Assembly: GCF_001194135.2 (NCBI RefSeq)
Contig: NC_069001.1
Coordinates: 19,723,724-19,756,267 of the forward strand
Source of the DNA: Octopus bimaculoides
Taxonomy: Eukaryota
DNA length: 32,544 nt
Direction: 5' to 3'
A model generated the notes under the pieces. That model was given only the letters and a program-made list of their open reading frames with translations, did no database searches and had not been told where the DNA came from. This document shows positions 11,260 through 21,708 of this stretch, one piece after another. Position 1 is the first letter of the stretch, and every line of letters starts with the position of its first letter. The translations under genes were made by a program, and so were the position numbers.

Positions 11260-11660
11260 TTAGCCCTAGATCAGTAGAGCTGTGATTAAAGACATTCTAA
11301 ACTTGACCAGTCCATCTTTTCTTTTGTAGTATTATAGAAGGTGGCGAGCTGGCAGAAACGTCAGCGTGCTGGGCAAAATGCTTAGCAGTATTTCATTTTT
11401 ACATTATGAGTTCAAATTCCGCCGAGGTCGACTTTATCTTTCATCCTTTCAGGGTCGATAAATTAAGTACCAGTTGCATACTGAGGTCGATCTAATTGAC
11501 TGACCCCCTCCCCCCTTGTGCCTAGATTAGAAAAGAATGTCGAGCATTATATTATCTAATGTGTCCTTTTATTGGTAAAGATGGTAGGGTGTGATTTTGA
11601 AGGAGATTTGGCTAAAATTTCTTACAGCTCAAGCAACTGCAAAGAGGTTCTTTTGTTGGC
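11260..11660 (+). mobile_element. Older dispersed repeat (gagggagatttggctgctatttctagc family) split by the SINE at 11336-11538
   Basis: Related fragments at ~8010-8110, ~9230-9400, ~11130-11200, ~13315-13350 (antisense), ~13960-14125 and ~21105-21155. Confidence 0.6.
11336..11538 (+). mobile_element. Second tRNA-derived SINE family
   Basis: A box ggcgagctggcaga, B box gagttcaaattcc. Central ggtcgacttt..ctttcatccttt..gggtcgataaattaagtaccag resembles conserved metazoan SINE central domains (superfamily not verified). Confidence 0.78.
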
Positions 11661-11848
11661 TTGTGTGTACAGAGTTGTTGCAAGAGGTACAAGAAGTGTG
11701 TGTATTGTGTTGGCATCTGCAAAAAAAGCTGTGTAGTATTCTATTATAACTATAGTTCTGTATTAATTTTTTTTTTTCAGTGAAATTTAAAATTATTTTT
11801 TTTCTTATTTAAAGCAAAAATTATAAATATTCCTTAATAGCTTCTCAG

Positions 11849-11974
11849 ATATCCATATCTAGCCACAGAAAGGGGAGCAGCCTTGGTTTTCAGTTTTCAG
11901 TCTACTAAATCTTTGAAAGAGTCTAACAACAGAGCTGGTTTGAAATCATTTGAAATAGCTCTTTCAGACCCAGA
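11849..11974 (+). CDS. QTRT2: QTRT2 coding exon: YPYLATERGAALVFSFQSTKSLKESNNRAGLKSFEIALSDP(D)
   Basis: ctcag acceptor and gtaagt donor; TERG.AL.FSF and SFEI match recalled QTRT2 motifs; phase 2-2, 126 nt. Confidence 0.92.
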
Positions 11975-11999
11975 GTAAGTAAACATTTTTATTATTAAA

Positions 12000-12580
12000 C
12001 TAGCAGTATAACCCGACGTTGTCCAGGTGTGACTTATTATGCCATCTATGATAAGTCTTGGTAGGTGAAAATCAACTAAAAAAGAAAGCCTTACAACGAA
12101 AAAACCCTTATGATGTAAATATGTTCATAATTCAAAAGACGATGAAATTAATAGGGAAAGTCTGAAGGCAGTTTGTACGTAAATTTCATCCGTCTAATTG
12201 GCTATACAAATGTTTGTGCAAAACAACTTTTTGTGCTGCCCTGATTATACATAGCAGGGTAATCCCTTTACGCAGGAGCTAGGACGGCAATTTCTGATGA
12301 AGCAATTGCTGGCGATCTGTTGCTACACAGTTCTTCAGATTGGGCAGTAGATGTTGATACACCATTTTGCATTATGTTCAAAATAGCTTCTGGAATGTGG
12401 TGAATTGCTGCAGTCTGTTGCTGTCTTTTTAAACTGGTTGCTTTCTTTCCCCAGCAAGCTCTCTTCTTTGGAGGCATAATTTATGTACATCTTAAACAGA
12501 ACAACAAAAGTTATAACAAATAGCAGGGTCGGTAGTTTTCACATTTCGGTAATTTTTCAGATTAACACAAGCACGATTAC

Positions 12581-12618
<38 letters not shown>

Positions 12619-13515
12619 CAAAACCCTAACCTAAACCCTAACCCAAAAACCCTAACCTAAACCCTAACACCCTAGTGAAAATTGTGCGGGTGTTAATCTG
12701 AAAAGTTACCCACATTTCTAATGAAGTTAACGGATTTGCAATGTGTTGTCCTGTCTACATAAGCTCCGTAGTTTGTATATTTACAAAACATTGACGCACA
12801 TGTAGTAAGGTAAAATCTAGTTATATTGTAGTGAATGCTTGTATGTACGTGCGCATGTATGCGTTTGAGAGAGTGAGGAGGGGGAGAAAGGAAGAGAGAA
12901 CGGAAGACAGTTATAAAATAGCAATGTGTATGCATGTTTATATAAGAAACACACACAAACTAAATCTTATATCTATAATGTTGATGTGTTTATGTGTATG
13001 TTGTTGTCACAGATCACATATGTGTGGTTGTGTGTGTTTTTACGTTTCTATGTTATGAAAAATATGTTAGAGGTAGAGGGATAGAAGAAAGTTATTAAAT
13101 GGGAGAGAGGAAGAACGAAGTAAGAGTGAAAAGGTAGATAGAGGGGAAGAATAGTTTTAAAGCAAATTAATCTATGACTTTGTATGTATCACTTTCTCTC
13201 TCTCTCTCTTTTTCTCTCTGTGCCTCTTTTACTCTTACTCTCTATATTATATGTTGAGCGCGTGATCGATGTGTAAGAACGCCGGTCCAGGTAGAAGGGA
13301 AGAAATATAAAAGTTGCTAGAAACAACAGCCAAATCTCCCTTAAATCACACAAAGTAAACGGAATTTTAAAAAATCTAATTACTGCACTGGAAAGTTCAC
13401 ATCGAGAAAATTCCATTGATGTAAAAATTTTTACGAAAAAGTGGAAAATGTGGATTTCTATAAACTTTTATAAAGGCTTCACACAGATACACAACTTCAG
13501 CTTTATATATTAAGA
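12000..13515 (-). mobile_element. Non-autonomous (internally deleted) Helitron
   Basis: Minus strand: 5' A|TCTTAATATATAAAG at 13515; 3' hairpin acctggacaacgtcgggt followed by CTAG|T at 12003-11999; A|T target, no TSD. Short ORF MPPKKR... (12477-12268) may be the remnant RepHel start. Confidence 0.8.
12548..12710. mobile_element. 163-bp MITE with (CCCTAA)n core and 8-bp TSD, nested in the Helitron; Merlin-like
   Basis: TIRs GGTAATTTTTCAGATTAACAC...GTGTTAATCTGAAAAGTTACC. CACATTTC at 12540-12547 and 12711-12718. About 95 bp of degenerate CCCTAA repeats inside. Confidence 0.88.
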
Positions 13516-14585
13516 TTACTAGTGTGTTACTTGTTAAAGGACAGATAATTTTGGCAGTATACTGTTGCCATCATGGGTAAAATCAGGAAATAACATGGAA
13601 ATACAAAATGATGAAATGAAAACTAATCTTCAACATAAAAATATTTATTGCCTTAAAATAAAATTTCTCATTTGTATATTTGCAATAGTATGCTACTTTA
13701 AAAAAGATTTTATTCACATAATCGCAATCTAATTCCATAAAAAATCTATCTCTGCTAAGTTTTATTTAAAAAGTGTGTATTTTTCAGAAAGTTATTAGAA
13801 CTCTCATCTCTTATATTAATTCTCTCTATATGAGATAAAGCATGGCTAGGGAAATAACCGATCAACAAACATGTATATTGGCTATTATAATATAGGGAAT
13901 GTCACTTTGGATACAAGTCTAGTTTCCTAAGGAAGCTTCTATAGTTGTTGTATAACCTCATGTTGGCTTTGATCAAAAAGAACTATAATTAAAGGCATTC
14001 AAGTTGTGACCAACCTCTTTTTTTTTTCAGCCATAATGTACCTGGAAATACATTATTCAAAGCATCCGTTTAGGTGTGATTTCAGGGAGATTTGGCTACT
14101 ATTTCAAGCATGTCAAGCAACTAATGATCCCTTTGGAGAGATCTCTTACTGATTTATGCAATTTATGTAATTGGACCCCACAAAGATGAAAAACAAAGTT
14201 TGTTATTTGGACATGGAAAAGTAAAGTAACTAGATGGGTGGGATGCATATCTTTTCAATGTCAACCTTGGTATTTACACCAAATCCATTCTCACTATTTG
14301 CCAATGAGGGGTAACACTTCAACAGATTCTACTTGATGAGTGCTAAACAACAACTGTCAAATTCACTGTTTTAATTCTTAGTAATGTTATTTGACTAGTG
14401 ATTTAGTTTATTAATCAACAATGTGTACTCTTTGCATTAACATGCAAATTTTCCATGCTGTTGAGTGAACTGTTTTCCACAGTCTTTGTCAAATTTTGAC
14501 TGAGTCATGCTCTCGATACCATTATCTTATTAATTTGTTCTTTTTATTCTAATTTTTAAGTCTTGATGCTTAATTGTTTGTATCT

Positions 14586-17500
14586 TCATCATCATCATCA
14601 TTGTTTAATGTCCGCTTTCCATGCTAGCATGGGATGGACGATGTGACTGAGCACTGGTGAACCAGGTGGCTACACCAGGCTCCAATCTGATTTGGCAGAG
14701 TTTCTACAGCTGGATGCCTTTCCTAATGCCAACCACTCTGAGAGTGTAGTGGGTGCTTTTACGTGCCACCGGCACGAAGGCCAGTCAGGCAGTACTGGCA
14801 ATGGCCACGCTCGAAATGGTGTATTTTACGTGCCACCTGCACAGGAGCCAGTCCAATGTCTTTTCACGTACCACCGGCACAAGTGCCAGGAAGGTGACGT
14901 TGGTAACGATCACGCTCAAATGGTGCTATTTATGTGCCACCGGCATGGAAGCCAGACAGCTGCTCTGGCAACGATCACGCTCGAACGGTGCTCTTAGTGC
15001 TCCACTGGTACAGGTGCCATCATGATTTCGCTTTCNNNNNNNNNNNNNNNNNNNNNNNNNNNNNNNNNNNNNNNNNNNNNNNNNNNNNNNNNNNNNNNNN
15101 NNNNNNNNNNNNNNNNNNNNNNNNNNNNNNNNNNNNNNNNNNNNNNNNNNNNNNNNNNNNNNNNNNNNNNNNNNNNNNNNNNNNNNNNNNNNNCAGAGGC
15201 CTTGGATTTTGGTCTCACTTGGCTTGCCGGGTCTTCTCACACACAGCATATTTCCAAAGGTCTTGGTCACAAGTCATTGCCTCAGTGAGGCCTAATGTTC
15301 GGAGGTCGTGCTTCACCACCTCATCCCAGGTCTTCCTGGGCCTGCCTCTTCCACAGGTTCCCTCAACTGCTAGGGTGTGGCACTTTTTCACACAGCTATC
15401 CTCATCCATTCTTGCCACATGTCCATACCAGCGCAATCGTCTCTCTTGCACACCACAACTGATGTTTCTTAGGTTCAACTTTTCTCTCAAGATACTTACA
15501 CTCTGTCGGGTATGCACACTGACGTTACTCATCCATTGGAGCATACTGGCTTTATTCCTTGCAAGCTTATGCATGTCCTCAGCAGTCACGGCCCATGTTT
15601 CACTGCCATGTAGCATGGCTGTTCGTACACATGCGTCATACAGTCTGCCTTTTATTCTGAGTGAGAGGCCCTTTGTCACCAGCAGAGGTAAGAGCTCTCT
15701 GAACTTTGTCCAGGCTCTTCTTATTCTAGCAGCTACACTTTCAGCGCACCCTTCCACCACTCCTAACTTGGTCACCCAGATAGCGGAAGCTATCAACTAC
15801 GTCTAGTTTTTCTCCCTGGAATGTGACAGAAGTTGTTTTCTGCACATTTTCAGTGTTTATTGCTCCTGAACATCTGCCACATACAAAAACTAACTTTCTA
15901 GTTCCTAGTTAACCTTCCTTTGATATTGCTGCACCTCTTATGTGTCCATAGCTTGCACTGGGTACATCTTATAGAGTTTCTACCCACACCTTTTCTACAG
16001 ATCGAGCAGGGCCATCTACCTGAAGGGGTTTGTGTTTTGTCTACCTTCCTACTTATTAGGACTTTGGTTTTAGCTAGGTTGACTCTAAGGCCCTTTGATT
16101 CTAGTCCTTGCTTCCACACCTGAAACTTCTCCTCTAGTTCTTATAGTGAATCAGCAATTAGTGCAAGGTCATCAGCATAGAGGAGCTCCCAAGGGCATCC
16201 TGTCTTGAATTTCTCTGTTATCGCCTGGAGAACTATGATAAATAGGAGGGGGCTGAGGACTGAACCTTGGTGGACCCCTACCTCTACCTGGAATTCTTCA
16301 CTGTACTCGTTGCCAACCCTCACCTTACTGACAGCGTCCTTGTATATGGCCTGCACAGCTCTCACTAACCACTCATCTATCCCTAGTTTCCTCATTGACC
16401 ACCAGATAAGGGAGCGGGGACCCTGTTGAAGGCTTTCTCCATGTCAACAAAAGCCAGGTACAGAGGTTTATCCTTGGCTAGGTATTTCTCCTGCACCTGT
16501 CTTACCAGAAATATAGCATCAGTGGTGCTTTTCCTGGAACGAACCCAAACTGCATCTCATCTAAACTGATTGTCTCCCTAATTAGTTGGGCTATGACCAT
16601 CTCTGTGACCTTTATTACCTGGTCCAACAACTTGATACCTCTGTAATTGTTTGTGTCTAGGGCGTCACCTTTACCTTTGTAGCAGTTGACTATGGTGCTG
16701 CTACACCAGTCATTGGGTATGACTTCTTTGTGTATCACCTGATTAACTATACGGGTCACTAGGTTATAGCCAACACTGCCAGATATTTTGAGCATCTCTG
16801 CAGTGATTCCTGATGGGCCGGGGGCTTTTCCTGCCTTCATACTCTTGATCGCTTTATCTACTAAGGTACTGTCAATTAGGATAGCTGGTCCCTGTGTTGG
16901 GTCAACATGCGGCAAACTCTATCCTCCCATTCATACTCTTTATTAAGTAGCCTTTCATAGTGGCGTCTCAAGACCTTTCTCCTTGCAGCCTCGTTTAGTG
17001 CAAGTGAACCATCATCCAAGTGGACACGATTCCCTCTCACACACTGTCTTGCAACACAAAATACTTCAAGTCTTTGGTCCTCATGGCACAGAACATTGGC
17101 AAATTTTTTCTTATCTGCTTCCCCTCTGGCTAAGTAAACCTGTCTCCTAGCTTCCCTTCTGGCAGTCTGATACAATTCCCTGCTACCACCGTTCTTCCAG
17201 TCCTTCCAAGCCTGTTTCTTTTGTCTAATACCCCTGTCAAGCACATTGTTCCACCACCACGTTACTTTGGGTCGAGAGGGGACTTTACACCAGCCACAGA
17301 TCTGGTCAGTGGTTCTCAGCAGGTTGTCCCATAGAAACCTCCAGTTGCCTTCCACGTTGTATGATGCTATATCCCCTTCTATTTCGTCAAATGTTTTGAG
17401 TAGTATGTCTCTAAATCTCTGTCCATTTTCAGGATCTTTAAGCTTCCAAACCCTTCTCCTCCAAGCCGGTCTACTTCTGGGCATCCATATTGCCTTATCC

Positions 17501-17629
17501 CGAAGTCGCTAACTACTAATCTGTGTTGAGGGGTACATTCTTTGCCAGGGACGGTTTTGGCATTTATAAGCCGCCCACTTTCCCTATTTCTGGCGAGGAT
17601 ATAGTCGATTTGGCTAGTGTGTCTGCCGA
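14586..17629 (-). mobile_element. 5'-truncated decayed RTE-clade LINE, antisense in a QTRT2 intron
   Basis: Minus-strand translations GKAPGPSGIT, NYRGIKLLDQV, GVHQGSVLSPLLF, LLYADDL, RGRGRPRKTW; (ATC)n tail at 14586-14601; truncated at the end of the APE domain. Confidence 0.93.
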
Positions 17630-17964
17630 TAAAAAAAAGGCCTCAGTGGCATAGCCTTTAAATTCATATTTTAACTAGTTAGTGCTAGAAAGTAGCTCGA
17701 TTATCCACATAGGCCATTGGCCTGCATGTCACATACTTTCAATCAGTATAAGAAATATGTCAGTCTAATTACAAATAGTCACAGATTTTGTGTACTGACT
17801 CCACAGCCTTAGCTAAAAGTTAGGAAAATAGCAAAGATAAGGATAATACTTCAAATATATTGAAATGTTAGCATTGTTCTTGTTGGTCATAAGTTAAAAT
17901 CTCATACTTTGTTCTCCTCCTGAATCAGACATATAACTCCTCTTGTTCCAGTTTACATGACTGA

Positions 17965-18138
<174 letters not shown>

Positions 18139-18773
18139 TAGAATATACTTTTTTTTCTGCTTGATTCTAAAGATACTTTGTATTATTTTCATATATTGTT
18201 TTTTGTCATAACCTCAAATTGATCAAAACTTTGTGAGTGGAAAGTTGGCTGATAGAAACCTGATTAGTAGAGCTCTCTACACTCTGAATTCAAATCTCAC
18301 TGAGGTCAACTTTGATGAATAAAATACAAACCCTGCACTGGAGTCTTTTTCTTTTTGTCTATCTCTTCTGGAAGAAACTGGCTGTAGAGAGGGATGGACT
18401 TCACCAGGTGTCAAAGTACCTAAGACATGCTGTACGTCTTAGGTACTCTACAACTCCATCAAGGAATTGAGGACCCAAAGCACAAACGACTCACTCACTC
18501 AATCAATCATCAATCAATCAATCAATCTATCTATCTATATACCTACCCTTTAGACCCTTTGTGTTATTTGTTTTGCACTAAATTTATCTCACACAGCAAA
18601 CTAGAGATTGTCCTGTTAGAAACATATTTCAAATGGTATTGTTCACCAATTATGATGTAAATACATTCTCCACTGTTTAACAAATATAATTCCTCATCCT
18701 ATGCAACATCAAAATGTTAGTTACTTTTTCATTTAGTGCTGTGCGTATTTGACTATTGTTTCTTCTGTTGCAG

Positions 18774-18894
18774 CCACAACTTCAGTCATTATTTCGGTTA
18801 CTTTGAGGCAATACGTCAGGCTCTAAAAGACAATGCATTTCTTCAGCTCAAAGCACTCATCCAAGAACAGGCATCAATGTTAGACAAAGAATAA
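18774..18894 (+). CDS. QTRT2: QTRT2 terminal coding exon: HNFSHYFGYFEAIRQALKDNAFLQLKALIQEQASMLDKE*
   Basis: ttgcag acceptor; HN motif supplies the fourth Zn ligand; stop TAA at 18892-18894. Confidence 0.95.
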
Positions 18895-18908
18895 ACAAAA
18901 CTATGTTA

Positions 18909-18914
18909 AATAAA
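18909..18914 (+). promoter_or_regulatory. Candidate polyadenylation signal AATAAA (another overlaps the stop codon)
   Basis: AATAAA just after the stop codon with T-rich sequence downstream; weak evidence in AT-rich DNA. Confidence 0.35.
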
Positions 18915-19905
18915 TATTTTGTTCTTAAAATACCTGATTTTTTTTGTTTGTTTGTTTCAAGCATCTTTTTATGATCTGTGCAAATGATTATGTATATAAG
19001 ATGTTACATCACCAATGATTTATAGTTATTTAAAATATTTCATAGAAAGGATTTTGGTTATTCTTTTCAAAGAACACATGCATTTGTAGTTAAGTGACTT
19101 TTTTCACAAAGATATTAAAGTTTTCTCTTTTGTTTGGATGTATTTATTAGCAACTGAGGTATTTTTTTTAAGAGAATTTACCTCAGTTATCATGCCTATA
19201 TGTTTTATCTCTTGTATGAATGTATGTATGAGATAATTTTGTAGCACAGAAAAGTGATCAATGTAAAATGTGAGTGGAGAGGATAATATCAAAACTGAAG
19301 GAAATGGTTGTGGGTGGTGAGAAAAATGATGAAATATGTCCAGTAATACTTCGATATACGAGTTAATTTGTTCCCAGAGACTGCTTGTAAAGCAAAACCA
19401 CATAAAGCAGAGCAATAATTTCCAATATTAGCATTGCTATAAATCATAATTCATATCCAGAAAAATATTTTACCTATAAAATTTATAAAACTCGTAAATA
19501 AATGGCAATGAAACAGCAGTAGAATGTAAAAAATATTTTATGTAAAGTAAAAAGAACGTCAAGATCATCTATATATATAAAGATGAGAATGTGTCTGTGA
19601 GTCTGTCTGTGTGAATCCCTAAAACTTGAGAACTACACAACCAATTTCATTCAAATTTTGCACATGCCTTACTTACGGTCTGGGTAGTGTTTTTTTACTT
19701 CTTGCCTAGTGCGAGCCCAGTGCAATAACACATCGCCACTATTGCAGTATTATGTGTCAAAAGTGAAACAATATCATCTCTCTGTTCTAATGTCAAACAC
19801 TTTAACTTTAATAGTTTCACTTTAATACTGAAACTATTCAAGTGAAACTATTATCTCACATATATACATTAACTATAAAAACACTGTCTGGTAATATATA
19901 AAATA

Positions 19906-20910
19906 CTAGCAGTATAGCCTGGCTTTGCCCGGGGATTAAGTTAGGATTATTAAGCTAATGAAGTTCTTTATTTCAAACCAAACTAAGTAACATCGACGTC
20001 AGATTTGGGCAGAATCAGTGTCACAACTGGAGCGCATGGGTCGGGAGTTTGATCGGCAGAGGTGATCAGGCTACACATGCCAGCCCTTTGAAAACACCAC
20101 CCCCAACATCTAACCCATCTTTGCCCATGGGTTGGGAACCCTTCCAGCAAGGAAAATAGAATGCTCAAAAGGGCTCCCGATTCTCTGTGTCAGAAGCGGA
20201 TCACAACTAAGTCTTAAGTATATGTATATATGTATATATATATANNNNNNNNNNNNNNNNNNNNNNNNNNNNNNNNNNNNNNNNNNNNNNNNNNNNNNNN
20301 NNNNNNNNNNNNNNNNNNNNNNNNNNNNNNNNNNNNNNNNNNNNNNNNNNNNNNNNNNNNNNNNNNNNNNNNNNNNNNNNNNNNNNNNNNNNNNNNNNNN
20401 NNNNNNNNNNNNNNNNNNNNNNNNNNNNNNNNNNNNNNNNNNNNNNNNNNNNNNNNNNNNNNNNNNNNNNNNNNNNNNNNNNNNNNNNNNNNNNNNNNNN
20501 NNNNNNNNNNNNNNNNNNNNNNNGACAACATTCTTCGTCCTTCCCTCGGGTGCACAAATAGAAAGACCATGGGGACAGCCAGCGTACAGTTGTGCGTGTG
20601 AGAATACTTGCTCTGTCAGATTCAAACCAACCGCTTGCACTGATTGTCCCTGTGCCTTGTTGATTGTCATGGGAAAGCAGAGTTTGATGGGAAATTGCAT
20701 CTGTTTAAACTTGTAGGTCGTATCGGAGTGGGTAAGGGACATGGGAGTTATAAGTATGTCTTAGCCAGTGGCCAGTTCATTCAAGATTGTTGCCTACAGA
20801 ACTCGGGAGCACAATTTTTTGATAATCATCCGCGTACCATTGCACATCATTGGAGCATCTAAATTCCTTAGCAGCATGATTGGCACACCAACTTTCAGAT
20901 GCAGTTCTCT
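19906..20910 (-). mobile_element. Helitron 3' portion with a PIF1-type helicase C-terminal relic
   Basis: Minus strand ELHLKVGVPIMLLRNLDAPMMCNGTR (~20910-20830) and FKQMQFPIKLCFPMTINKAQGQS...VFSHAQLY...TKNVV (~20715-20524); 3' hairpin cccgggcaaagccagg followed by CTAG|T at 19909-19905. The 5' end was not located. Confidence 0.88.
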
Positions 20911-21613
20911 TCAAATAAAACTTTTACGGATACAACTGCTTACAATAATAGGGATTCATATATAATTTCTTTCTATGTTCATAATTAAATCAATGTTTTC
21001 ATGATTACACACAGGTCCAATAGAATAGCTCTCACAAACACACTACGTACAAATTCGTTCTTCAGGAGTTTTCAAACTACATAATAGGCAGAATTGTCGG
21101 ATTAAGACAGTAGGGTATTTTGAGGGAGATTTGGCTGCTATTTCTACCAGGACTAGCTACCATACAGAGGTTTGATCTTAATTTTCATTCACATATTTGC
21201 ATTTCAAAAATTAAACATAATCTTTTCCATAAATCAACTATTGTAAAAATTTTCTACGATGACATTTTCTATGTATNNNNNNNNNNNNNNNNNNNNNNNN
21301 NNNNNNNNNNNNNNNNNNNNNNNNNNNNNNNNNNNNNNNNNNNNNNNNNNNNNNNNNNNNNNNNNNNNNNNNNNNNNNNNNNNCACACACACACACACAC
21401 ACATCCATTTCATATATCTTCTTTCAATTTCTGCTCTCGGCAAATAACATTTTTACGGATACAACTGCTAACAAAAATAGGGATTAATGTATAATTTCTT
21501 TCAATGTTTTAATGATTAGAGAGAGGTCCAATAGAATAGCTCTCAGAAACAGACAAGTACAAATTCGTTCTTCACAACTCCTGAAGCTGTTTTCTGACAA
21601 GGAGGTGGGAGTC

Positions 21614-21708
21614 AGGAAATTTTCATACAGCTGGAGGCTTAATTGAAACAGGGGACCCGATATGATAAGGTTGAGAAACGCTGTTATAGATTATGCCTAA
21701 CCGAAAAA
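21614..21708 (+). pseudogene. Probable Penelope-like element endonuclease C-terminal relic
   Basis: YDKVEKRCYRLCLTEK (21661-21708) resembles the PY....KRC.LCL.EK motif recalled from PLE ORF ends; the upstream part is frameshifted. Confidence 0.5.

Larger units (their letters stand above)
9917..11848 (+). other. Putative U12-type (minor spliceosome) intron with AT-AG termini
   Basis: 5' site ATATCCCTTT versus consensus RTATCCTTT. Branch site TTCCTTAAT at 11830-11838 versus TTCCTTRAY. 3' end CTCAG at 11844-11848. Splicing here gives FDSSYPYLATERG, colinear with recalled human FESFFPYQVTERG. Confidence 0.82.

Noticed and set aside
12575-12675. (CCCTAA)n as a true telomere or chromosome-fusion scar
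   Set aside because: Short, degenerate, and enclosed by TIRs and a perfect 8-bp TSD inside a gene intron.
18416-18446. Small hairpins (gtacctaagac/gtcttaggtac here; a 14-bp arm pair at ~9052-9109)
   Set aside because: Too short to distinguish from chance or decayed MITE debris.
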